Below are positions 16,259 through 24,121 of a DNA stretch of 32,000 nucleotides, in pieces. The stretch is from Candidatus Methylomirabilis limnetica. GTDB lineage: Bacteria; Methylomirabilota; Methylomirabilia; Methylomirabilales; Methylomirabilaceae. The DNA is taken from the NCBI RefSeq assembly GCF_003044035.1, contig NZ_NVQC01000015.1:1-32000 (forward strand), read 5' to 3'. Position 1 is the first letter of the stretch; each line of letters starts with the position of its first letter. The notes below the pieces were generated by a model. That model was not told where the DNA came from, did not search any database, and saw nothing but the letters and a program-made list of their open reading frames with translations. A program made the translations under genes and the position numbers.

Positions 16259-16420
16259 GTAACTACAAGGTGTTTAGACTGAAGGCTGAAGACTGAAGGT
16301 TCTAAATTATCTCGCAAGGCACGAATCGAGCCATTCAAGATCTTTTCGGAGTTTTGTATGATCACGCATGACTTACCCCTAAAAGCCTTCAGCCTTCAGC
16401 CTATCTACCTGAGTAGTTAC
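16259..16420. mobile_element. 162-bp MITE-like element with about 40-nt imperfect terminal inverted repeats and an 8-bp direct duplication GGAATAGC
   Basis: The left end is gtaactacaaggtgtttagactgaaggctgaag. The reverse complement of the right end is gtaactactcaggtagataggctgaaggctgaag, matching at about 28/35. GGAATAGC occurs at 16251-16258 and again at 16421-16428, directly abutting both ends. There are internal CTGAAGG heptamer repeats and no ORF. Confidence 0.7.
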
Positions 16421-16564
16421 GGAATAGCTTAGCACAGGATGGCGATATTAACCATATAACTGTATGGCTAACAATGTGGCGGTTGGCAACCTCTGCCGGC
16501 GTTGTGGATCAGCGGCGGGCGGATGCGCGAACGTGCTCGCGTGGACGACCGTCCGCTTTAGCCT

Positions 16565-16595
16565 CGATGGCGCGGCGCGAAGCGTTTGCGCCATC
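16565..16595. repeat. palindromic unit, second copy of 6733-6764
   Basis: See 6733-6764. Confidence 0.6.
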
Positions 16596-16806
16596 TGTTC
16601 ATTCTCAGGCTCCAGGATGACCGTTTTGCCCACGATACCACGATCCTGCTTGGGCGGGCCTCCTGCTGAGCCTATTGAACGATGAGCTTCTTGAAAGGTG
16701 GCTCGATCAATAGCGGCTGACCGGGATGTTCCCCCATGCCCCGCCTGTGATCCCCCAACGCCAGGATCCTGTTCGTGTGCTATAGTCACAGTTGCGCGGC
16801 GCATCT

Positions 16807-16925
16807 GAGCCTGTCCTGCAAACCCCCGTTTACCCTTCGACATGCTCAGGGTGAACGGTATGGGTATTGGAAGGATTAATGTTTTCCCGGTCGTACTAAG
16901 TCCTTCGACTGTGCTCAGGACAGGC
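16807..16925. repeat. full-length palindromic REP/MITE unit (gagcctgtcctg...caggacaggc)
   Basis: The left arm is gagcctgtcctgcaaacccccgtttacccttcgacatgctcagggtgaacgg. The right arm is tccttcgactgtgctcaggacaggc. The arms are self-complementary. Confidence 0.75.
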
Positions 16926-16976
16926 GCATCTTTCGCGCACAAAGGACGCAGAGGACCAGGGAGGGACGGAACAAGG

Positions 16977-17609
16977 ATGCGGTTCGTGGCCGATGCGATG
17001 CTGGGTCGGTTGGCCAAGTGGCTCCGCCTGTTGGGCTACGACACGCTGTATTGGCGAGGCGACGATGCCAGGCTGGTGCGCCTGGTCTTGGCGGAGAACC
17101 GGCTGCTGCTCACACGAGACACCCACATTCCGCCGCGCCTGCCACCCCATCTGACCCTGTTGATCGTCAGCGATCATTACGATGAGCAACTTGGCCAGGT
17201 GGTGGCCCGCTTTGGGGTGCCGCCCCGGATCGGCCGTCTGTGCCTGCGATGCAACCTCGCCATCGAGCCGACGGAAAAAGCCGAGGTGCGCGCCGAGATC
17301 CCAGCGTTCGTCTGGCAGGCCCATGAGCGATTCGCCCGCTGCCATGGCTGCCTCCGGATCTACTGGGAGGGGACGCATTACGCCCGGATGATGGAAGTCC
17401 TCGAGCGCCTACCTGGATGGAAGAAAGGGGTGGCTGTCACAAAGATGAAACGATCGCCGATCGATTCCAATACCGCATGCGCCAGCAGCGCGCCCATGGG
17501 TGTGAAGGTCCGCGACACCCCCCATCCCCACCTTCCCCCGCAAGAGGGGAAGGAGAGTGTTGAGGGGGACTTTCTGGGCAATGCAAAAGGGAATGGCCGA
17601 TGCGCGTGA
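16977..17609 (+). CDS. Mut7-C RNase domain (DUF82, PIN-like plus zinc ribbon) protein
   Basis: From the ATG at 16977: MRFVADAMLGRLAKWLRLLGYDT...LLLTRD...CLRCN...CHGC...YWEGTHY is the Mut7-C pattern. The last 60 aa or so read through a REP-like sequence (PHPHLPPQEGKES) and overlap the fmt start by 10 nt. The track N-terminal extension (from 16842) runs through a REP unit. Confidence 0.7.
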   Translation: MRFVADAMLGRLAKWLRLLGYDTLYWRGDDARLVRLVLAENRLLLTRDTHIPPRLPPHLTLLIVSDHYDEQLGQVVARFGVPPRIGRLCLRCNLAIEPTEKAEVRAEIPAFVWQAHERFARCHGCLRIYWEGTHYARMMEVLERLPGWKKGVAVTKMKRSPIDSNTACASSAPMGVKVRDTPHPHLPPQEGKESVEGDFLGNAKGNGRCA

Positions 17610-18535
17610 GCTTCATGGGCACACCAACGTTCGCCCTGCCATCGCTCACGGCGCTCATTGCTGCGGGCCACGACATCTGCCTGGTCGTAACCCAACCGGA
17701 TCGGCCGGCCGGGCGCGGGCGCGTGCCTACCCCGCCGCCAGTGAAACTCGCTGCGCTGGAGCTCAGGCTCCCGATCTTGCAGCCGGAGAAGATAGGCGAG
17801 CCGGCGGTTATATCGGCGCTACAGGCGATCCAACCAGAGGCCATCGTCGTCGTCGCGTATGGCCAGCTCCTACCGCAAGCCATTCTCGACCTACCGCCGC
17901 ATGGCTGCCTGAACCTCCATGCCTCGCTCCTGCCGAAGTACCGGGGTGCGGCGCCAATCCCGCGGGCCATTATCCAAGGAGACACCGTCACAGGGGTCAC
18001 CATTATGCAGATCGAGGCGCGGATGGATGCCGGTCCTATCCTCATGCAGCAGCCCGTACCGATCGGGCCTCAGGATACCGCAGGGACCATCGGAGAGCGC
18101 CTAGCCATCCTTGGGTCTGAGATGTTGTGCCTGGTGCTGGATCACGTGGCACACCGGACAGCTCAGCCGATCCCGCAGGATGAGCGCCTTGCGACCTATG
18201 CGCCGAAGCTCGCCCTCGGCGATACGCATCTTGACTGGGCCCGTAACGCGCGAGCCCTCGATTGCTTGATTCGGGGCCTTTGTCCAGTGCCAGGAGCCGT
18301 GACCAGCTTCGGGGGACGCCGTGTCAAGGTGCTGCAAGCCGAGGCAGAGGCCGCCGCCGGCTCTCCTGCAGGCGCCGTATGTGCGATCGATCGCGTGAAG
18401 GGGGTGTTCGTCGCCGCCGGGCAGGGGGGTCTGTGGCTATCCCAGGTGCAACCAGAGAACCGCCGTGTCATGACCGCAGCGGAGTTTGCCAGGGGGTACC
18501 GTGTCCGGCTCGGCGACGTGTTTGGCTCGTCCTAG
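17600..18535 (+). CDS. fmt: methionyl-tRNA formyltransferase
   Basis: MRVSFMGTPTFALPSL...VVTQPDRPAGRG..., NLHASLLPKYRGAAPI. The 311-aa length is typical. Confidence 0.95.
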   Translation: MRVSFMGTPTFALPSLTALIAAGHDICLVVTQPDRPAGRGRVPTPPPVKLAALELRLPILQPEKIGEPAVISALQAIQPEAIVVVAYGQLLPQAILDLPPHGCLNLHASLLPKYRGAAPIPRAIIQGDTVTGVTIMQIEARMDAGPILMQQPVPIGPQDTAGTIGERLAILGSEMLCLVLDHVAHRTAQPIPQDERLATYAPKLALGDTHLDWARNARALDCLIRGLCPVPGAVTSFGGRRVKVLQAEAEAAAGSPAGAVCAIDRVKGVFVAAGQGGLWLSQVQPENRRVMTAAEFARGYRVRLGDVFGSS

Positions 18536-18662
18536 CCTATCTGCCAGACCCTCGTTTACCCTTCGACAAGCTCAGGGTGAACGGTATACATTGAAAGCGA
18601 TGACATTTTCTAGTTCATGCTGAGCCTGTCGAAGCACGACACGGGGTTTTCAGGACAGGCTC
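18536..18662. repeat. full-length palindromic REP/MITE unit (same family as 16807-16925)
   Basis: ccctcgtttacccttcgacaagctcagggtgaacgg ... catgctgagcctgtcgaagcac ... ttcaggacaggctc. It fills the fmt-rsmB spacer. Confidence 0.75.
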
Positions 18663-18677
18663 CTTAAAGAGGCGTAG

Positions 18678-20036
18678 ATGCACGCACGGCGGATCGCGAT
18701 CGAGATATTGACCCAGGTGGAGGAGCAGCAGGCCTACGCGAGTCTCCTCCTCGACGCCAAGCTGAAGCAGTCGCGCCTCTCGCAACAGGAGCGGGCTCTG
18801 GCCACCGAGCTGACGTACGGCGTCCTCCGCTGGCAGGGTCGTCTTGACTATCTGCTGGCCGCCGTGACCAACCGCCCCTGGGATACGGTTGATCCGGCGC
18901 TACGCCGCCTGCTTCGCCTTGGCGCCTATCAGATCCTCTTCTTGACGCGCATCCCGGCCTATGCCGCCGTGAACGAGACCGTCGCCCTGACCCAAGAAGT
19001 CGTGCACAGTCGAATCAAGCCCGTCGCCAAAGCCTTCATCAATGCGATCTTACGCCGATTACTGGAGCGGCATGCAACGATCCACTTTCCTGACCCGTCC
19101 AGCGATCCGGTCGGCGCCCTCGCTACGCGTTGGTCGCACCCGCCATGGCTGGTCGCTCGCTGGCTTACCCGCCTGGGGGCCGAAGAGACCGAAGCACTGC
19201 TACGGGCCAACAACGAAATCCCGGCGCTGTCAGTCGCGGTCAACCGTCTGAAGCGTCGGCCTGAGGAGGTCAAGGAGCGCCTCGCCTGCATCGCGGGATC
19301 GGTGACGCCAGGACGTTTCGCCCCAGGCATCTTTCACCTCAAAGATGGCGCAGAGGCGCTGCGGGATTCGGCATTCGCGGACGGCTGGTACTTCCCGATG
19401 AATGAGGCAGCGGCCTTGCCGGTCCTGCTGCTGGATCCCCAGCCCGGCGATGTCGTGTTAGATGCCTGCGCCGGCGGCGGCGGTAAGACGGCCCTGCTCC
19501 TGGAACAGCTCGCCGGAAGCGGGCGAGTGATCGCGCTCGACCCGAGCGCTCGCGCTCACCGACGCCTCCGAGAGGCCAGGGCGCGCCTGGGTCTTGATCG
19601 AGTCAGCCCGGTCCAAGCCGATGCCAGGCAAGCAGCGCAGTTATTCACGCGCCCGGTGGACAGGGTCTTAGTGGATGCGCCATGCAGCGGCCTCGGCACC
19701 CTCAGACGCCATCCCGAGCGGAAGTGGCAACAGCAAGAGGCGGGCTTGGCAGCCTTGGCGCGCCTGCAACTTGAGCTGCTTCACGGTGTCGCGCCGCTAC
19801 TCAAACCTGGAGGATTCCTGGTCTACAGCACCTGTTCGCTCGAGCCGGAGGAGACCGACGCCGTGATTGAGACGTTCCTGCGTGACTTCCCGGAGTTTAC
19901 AGTCGCTGACACCCCCGGCAGCCTTGCTGCAACGGTCGCGGAGCTGATCGATTCCACGGGCGTCCTTCGCACCTGGCCGCACCTGCACGGACTCGATGGC
20001 TTCTATGCGATCCGACTCCGCAAGCGGGACAGATGA
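18678..20036 (+). CDS. rsmB: 16S rRNA (cytosine967-C5)-methyltransferase RsmB
   Basis: N-terminal NusB-like domain, SAM motif DACAGGGGKT, and catalytic VDAPCSGLGTLRRHPE and YSTCS. It sits in the conserved position after fmt. Confidence 0.93.
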   Translation: MHARRIAIEILTQVEEQQAYASLLLDAKLKQSRLSQQERALATELTYGVLRWQGRLDYLLAAVTNRPWDTVDPALRRLLRLGAYQILFLTRIPAYAAVNETVALTQEVVHSRIKPVAKAFINAILRRLLERHATIHFPDPSSDPVGALATRWSHPPWLVARWLTRLGAEETEALLRANNEIPALSVAVNRLKRRPEEVKERLACIAGSVTPGRFAPGIFHLKDGAEALRDSAFADGWYFPMNEAAALPVLLLDPQPGDVVLDACAGGGGKTALLLEQLAGSGRVIALDPSARAHRRLREARARLGLDRVSPVQADARQAAQLFTRPVDRVLVDAPCSGLGTLRRHPERKWQQQEAGLAALARLQLELLHGVAPLLKPGGFLVYSTCSLEPEETDAVIETFLRDFPEFTVADTPGSLAATVAELIDSTGVLRTWPHLHGLDGFYAIRLRKRDR

Positions 20037-20683
20037 GATTCCTCCGGCTGCTGCGCAAGGGGCTCGCTGCAGCCCTGATCCTCACCGCTGTGGCTGTCGT
20101 GAGCGGCGCCATCACGATGTGGTTCGCGGCGGAGAAGGACAAGGTGCGGCTTCCGCGAGTCATCGGGATGGACTCCACGGTGGCTCTCAATCTGCTGCGC
20201 GAGCAGGGCGTTCAACCGAAAGTGAGCGGTCGGGAGTACAGCGAAGGGGTTCCAACGGATGCGGTCCTGTTCCAACGGCCGGCTAGTGGCTCGTGGGTCC
20301 AGAAGAACAGCGAGGTCCGCCTGGTGGTCAGTCAAGGGAGCGATGCTGTCGAACTCCCTAGTCTGGCCGGGCTGCCCCTACCCCAGGCCCAGCAGATCCT
20401 TTCTGCGTATGGCTTCACCCTTGGCCGGGTAGCGCAGGTCCATTCGTCGGAGCGCCCCAAGGGGGAGGTGATCGCCCAGGATCCAGAGGCTGGTGCCCTT
20501 GTCCGAAGGGGGAGCCCGGTTGCCGTACTGCTGAGCCTTGGTCAGCTTGAGGAACCGGCCTCCACCCTCAACAGTCCCAGGCCAAATATCTCAAGTCTCC
20601 TTCGTGGGCAAAGTAGCCTCCTGGAGGCTACCGTACAGGCATCTGCTCAGCCAGCACTGCAAGCTGTCACCCATGCCTGTTGA
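20033..20683 (+). CDS. membrane-anchored PASTA domain-containing protein (two PASTA repeats)
   Basis: A TM segment (AAALILTAVAVVSGAITMWF) is followed by LPRVIGMDSTVALNLLREQG...VVSQG and LPSLAGLPLPQAQQILSAYGF...LLSLG. There is a 4-nt overlap with rsmB. Confidence 0.8.
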   Translation: MRFLRLLRKGLAAALILTAVAVVSGAITMWFAAEKDKVRLPRVIGMDSTVALNLLREQGVQPKVSGREYSEGVPTDAVLFQRPASGSWVQKNSEVRLVVSQGSDAVELPSLAGLPLPQAQQILSAYGFTLGRVAQVHSSERPKGEVIAQDPEAGALVRRGSPVAVLLSLGQLEEPASTLNSPRPNISSLLRGQSSLLEATVQASAQPALQAVTHAC

Positions 20684-20700
20684 CAACGTACAGCGAATCA

Positions 20701-20842
20701 CCCAAGAACAGCGATAGAAAGTTGTCATTGCGAACGAAGTGAAGCAATCTCGCATTATTGCACTGAGACTACCGCGCACCCTGCGGGTGCTCGCAATGAC
20801 GCAAGGAGTCGAGGGGTTGCGAAGTCCATCGCTGTTCTTGGG
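20701..20842. repeat. nested palindrome: a perfect 15-bp inverted repeat enclosing a GTCATTGCG...CGCAATGAC REP unit (20724-20800)
   Basis: cccaagaacagcgat (20701-20715) and atcgctgttcttggg (20828-20842) are exact reverse complements. The REP unit between them belongs to the same family as 9366-9453. Confidence 0.75.
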
Positions 20843-20856
20843 GAATCAAGCGCAGC

Positions 20857-20886
20857 TTGACAATGTGACATGACGACTGGTACACT
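20857..20886 (+). promoter_or_regulatory. candidate sigma70 promoter of the metal-efflux operon
   Basis: TTGACA (20857-20862), an 18-nt spacer, then TACACT (20881-20886), about 80 nt upstream of the ATG at 20965. Confidence 0.35.
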
Positions 20887-20964
20887 GCTTTCCGTGTTCG
20901 ACGTGAGCGAGGCTGCTCTACCCCCACTTGAGTTACGAGTAGACACCTGGAGGGTTAGGCTTCC

Positions 20965-21345
20965 ATGACGAGTCGGAGTCAGAGAGTCTTTGCTCTTGCC
21001 TTTACCCTACTCGTTGTGTACACGGGATCACCAGCCATCCATATGGCGATTATCGGCCTCCATGACCATTCCCATTCAACCGCTCTCGGGAACCGACCTG
21101 CCGCTCACCACTCGCATGTGAACCTGCCTGAAGATACGCAAGAGCCCAAGAGAGCACAAGACAACAAGCCTCTACCCGCAGGGCAATCGCTTCCTCACTG
21201 CGATCTCGAGGTAAACCCAGCGGCCAATCCGCCCTCGTTTGCTTTAGATCTCCCACGGTATGTCAAAGAGGGTAACGCTCGGCCTGCTCTCTCTTCCTCT
21301 TCCCTTACCTCAGATCCACCTTCCCTACCTCCTCGCCAGGTATAG
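20965..21345 (+). CDS. small His-rich membrane-anchored protein upstream of the RND operon (DUF2946-like; occupies the position of CzcI)
   Basis: 126 aa, with GGAGGG 10 nt upstream. The N-terminal hydrophobic segment is followed by HDHSH, HHSH, PHC and a PP-rich C-terminus (PPSLPPR). The composition is somewhat low in complexity, so the coding call is moderate. Confidence 0.5.
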   Translation: MTSRSQRVFALAFTLLVVYTGSPAIHMAIIGLHDHSHSTALGNRPAAHHSHVNLPEDTQEPKRAQDNKPLPAGQSLPHCDLEVNPAANPPSFALDLPRYVKEGNARPALSSSSLTSDPPSLPPRQV

Positions 21346-21481
21346 TTCTCCTTTCCTTTCTTACGACTGCTTAGTTCGCGGTAGGCGTTTTAGTCGAACG
21401 CCATTGTGTTTCTTTCTCCTCACTGCTGGCGGTCAATCGTCTCAAGGCTCGTTGAATCGGCCTATCGTTTGAGGTATATTC

Positions 21482-22741
21482 ATGGATGGATTGGCGATGA
21501 GAATCTCGATGCTTTCTGTACTGCTCACTCTGTTCGTATTTTCGATTAGTGCGCCCATTCCCGCCGAATCCCAGGTTGTAACCCTCCCGCGAACGCTCTC
21601 GCTCGCCGACGCCTTGCAGATCGCAGGGCGGCAAAACCCTGGTCTGCAGGCAGAGATGACGGCCCGACAGATCGCGCATGGAGACGCTACCACCGCTGCG
21701 CTGCTTCCAAACCCACAGCTTTCGCTCAGATCAGAAGGGTTTCGCGGGGGATCGTTCCTGGATCGACAGGAGCTCTCTTTTGAAGTCAGCCATGAGATTC
21801 AGACAGCCGGCAAGCGCTCCCAGCGAAAGGCCGTCGCAGGAGCGAATCTTCGCGCGACTGAAGCCGACGTCGACAATACGGCCCGTTTACTCAGGTTCGC
21901 GGTCAAGCAGGCGTATTTCCAGATCGTACTGGCCAAGGCCGAAATTGCTGTGGCCCGCGACCTGCTGGCCGACTTTGACCGGACTATTCGCTCCAAGGAG
22001 GAGCAGTTTCGTCTCGGAGAGATCTCTGGGGCGGAACTCAGGCGTGTGCAGGTTGAGCGCTTCAGGGTGTTTGACGACGTGGTCGCCGGAGAGCTGAACC
22101 TCAAACAGGGCAGGACCGCGCTGCTCACGCTGCTCGGCTTCCCCGACTCGACATCCGAATTCGATGTCACTGAAGAGCTTGTAAAGGGCGAACCTGTTGG
22201 CAGTCTGCCACCGTTGCATGCCGAGGCCCTGCAGAGCCGCCCAGACCTCAAAGCCCAGCATCAGCGGATCATCCAGGCTCGCGAACAGATCAGGCTCGAA
22301 CAGGCGCGGCGCTTCCCGGACCTTTTCCCCTTCCTGGGCTACAAGCGGAACTTCAGCGAGGACAGCGTCATATTTGGCCTGGCGGCTCCCCTGCCCCTCT
22401 TCAATCGGAACCAGGGGGGTATCGTTCGAGCTCAGGCAGAAGAGGATCGAGAATCGTTCCAGCTCAGGCGACTGGAGAGCCAGGCGCTCCTGGAAGTAGA
22501 TCAGGCGTTCAACAGGTTTGAGAGCCAACGCCGACGCCTCGAAGGACTGGAAACCGAATACCTGCCCAAGGCCCGCGAATCGCGGGAGATCGCCGAGGCC
22601 GCGCACAAGATGGGAGCAATCGATCTCACTGCGTTTCTAGACGCACACCGGACCTTTCTGGAGGTCCAGCGGCTTTATTACCGCTCCCTTTACGAACTGA
22701 GCATTGCCAGATTTCAAATCGACGCAGCCATGGGCCGATAG
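21482..22741 (+). CDS. outer membrane efflux protein (TolC/CzcC family OMF)
   Basis: 419 aa. Signal peptide, then LSLADALQIAGRQNPGLQA and two repeated coiled halves typical of the OEP family. It is first in the OMF-MFP-RND order. Confidence 0.85.
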   Translation: MDGLAMRISMLSVLLTLFVFSISAPIPAESQVVTLPRTLSLADALQIAGRQNPGLQAEMTARQIAHGDATTAALLPNPQLSLRSEGFRGGSFLDRQELSFEVSHEIQTAGKRSQRKAVAGANLRATEADVDNTARLLRFAVKQAYFQIVLAKAEIAVARDLLADFDRTIRSKEEQFRLGEISGAELRRVQVERFRVFDDVVAGELNLKQGRTALLTLLGFPDSTSEFDVTEELVKGEPVGSLPPLHAEALQSRPDLKAQHQRIIQAREQIRLEQARRFPDLFPFLGYKRNFSEDSVIFGLAAPLPLFNRNQGGIVRAQAEEDRESFQLRRLESQALLEVDQAFNRFESQRRRLEGLETEYLPKARESREIAEAAHKMGAIDLTAFLDAHRTFLEVQRLYYRSLYELSIARFQIDAAMGR

Positions 22742-22750
22742 GGGTACACG

Positions 22751-24103
22751 ATGAACCTACACCCGTTCGTTATTAACTGCCTCACAATAATAGGTTCACA
22801 TTCTCAAACAAACCCTCCTCACCTCCCTTTGCCAAAGGGCGGGTTGCCCCCTCTTTCCTCGCACCTCGCACTTCGCGCTCCTTTATTGCCGACGGTGATC
22901 ATTGCGGCAGTCCTGGCGCTGGCGGCCTGCGGCCGCACCCCCGAAGAAAAAAAGGTTGAGCCCAAAGCCGAGCAGGGAGATGGCAAGGTCACGATTTCGG
23001 CCGAGGTTCAGGCCAGGTTTGGATTTGCTACCGCCCGGTCGCAGCGTATCGCGCGGGTCCGGATCATAGAAGCGACAGCCGCTATCGCACCGGACCCGGC
23101 CCGTGTAGCCCATATCGCCCCCATCGCCAAAGGCCGGATCGAGCGGGTCCATGTGCAGGTCGGGGATTCGGTGAGCCGAGGCGCCCCACTCTTCGAGTAC
23201 GACAACATCGAGCTGGGGGAAGCGGTCGGGGATTATCTGGCGGAGTTGGCCGACCTCAACGGAAACATGGCGCATCTGGAGTACTCACGGAGTTTGTTGG
23301 ACCGAGCTCGGTTGCTCCTGGAAAAAGAGGCGATTGCTGCAAAAGAGGTTCATGTCCGGGAGACAGAGTCCCGGGTCGCTGAGGCAGCGGTCGAGAACCG
23401 ACACGCCCGGATCACCAGGGTTAAGGAAAAGCTGTACCGCTTCGGGATGACCGATGAGCAGATCGACGCCCTCTCGGCGGACCATGAGAAAACCCACCGC
23501 CGGGAGGCTTCGCACACCCTCGTCAAGGCGCCCATCAGCGGTGTGATCATCAAGCGCGAAGGGGCGCCAGGGGAGGTGGTGGGACCAGAGAAAGAGATCC
23601 TGGCGATCGCCGATCTATCCAGCGTTTGGACCCTGATTGACATATACGAGAAAGATCTGGCCGCTGTTCATCGCGGAACCCCAGTCGAAATCACCGTAGA
23701 GACGTACCCAGGTGAACCCTTTCGTGGCACCATCGCGTATATCGCCGATCTTCTCGATCCTGAGACACGGAGCGCCAAGGCACGGGTCGAGATTCCAAAC
23801 CCCCAACGGAAATTGAAGCTCGGGATGTTCGCGACCGTCAGGCTTCGGGCCCAAGTCACCGGTGGGACTGCCACGGTTGTGGCCATTCCCTCATCGGCGA
23901 TTCAGCGGATCGATGGGGAGCCGTCTGTTTTCATCAAACTCGACGCTGTGACTTTTGCGCGGCGGAAGGTGAAGATTGGGCTCACATTAGGGGACCTCGT
24001 TGAGGTCACCGAAGGTCTTAAGGGAGATGAAGATCTCGTGACCACGGGCAGCTTCTCCCTGAAATCAGAACTCCTCAAGGAACAGCTAGCCCAGGGACAA
24101 TAA
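22751..24103 (+). CDS. efflux RND periplasmic adaptor (MFP, CzcB/CusB-like)
   Basis: Lipobox-like LALAAC. It has biotinyl-lipoyl-like, coiled-coil and beta-barrel segments (VKAPISGVIIKREGAPGEVV, FRGTIAYIADLLDPETRSAKARVEIPN). The first 40 aa or so read through a REP-like sequence, so the true start may be further downstream. Confidence 0.8.
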   Translation: MNLHPFVINCLTIIGSHSQTNPPHLPLPKGGLPPLSSHLALRAPLLPTVIIAAVLALAACGRTPEEKKVEPKAEQGDGKVTISAEVQARFGFATARSQRIARVRIIEATAAIAPDPARVAHIAPIAKGRIERVHVQVGDSVSRGAPLFEYDNIELGEAVGDYLAELADLNGNMAHLEYSRSLLDRARLLLEKEAIAAKEVHVRETESRVAEAAVENRHARITRVKEKLYRFGMTDEQIDALSADHEKTHRREASHTLVKAPISGVIIKREGAPGEVVGPEKEILAIADLSSVWTLIDIYEKDLAAVHRGTPVEITVETYPGEPFRGTIAYIADLLDPETRSAKARVEIPNPQRKLKLGMFATVRLRAQVTGGTATVVAIPSSAIQRIDGEPSVFIKLDAVTFARRKVKIGLTLGDLVEVTEGLKGDEDLVTTGSFSLKSELLKEQLAQGQ

Positions 24104-24121
24104 CCTCCGAAAGGATCCCAC

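Noticed and set aside
16259-16420. CRISPR-like or tandem array (CTGAAGG heptamers)
   Set aside because: There are only two or three adjacent heptamers within the arms of an inverted-repeat element and no spacer-repeat periodicity. It is interpreted as MITE terminal structure.
16448-17017. 189-aa minus-strand ORF
   Set aside because: It reads through REP units (16565-16595 and 16807-16925) and overlaps the start of the Mut7-C gene. Its composition looks artefactual and it has no RBS or motif.
17437-18120. 202-aa (-) and 187-aa (+) ORFs overlapping fmt
   Set aside because: These are out-of-frame or antisense shadows of the clearly recognisable fmt gene. They are Arg/Pro/Gly-rich.
21887-22606. 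239-aa minus-strand ORF inside the OMF gene (with similar shadows at 21799..22251 and 21678..22097)
   Set aside because: It is antisense to a well-supported TolC/CzcC-family gene and has no motifs.
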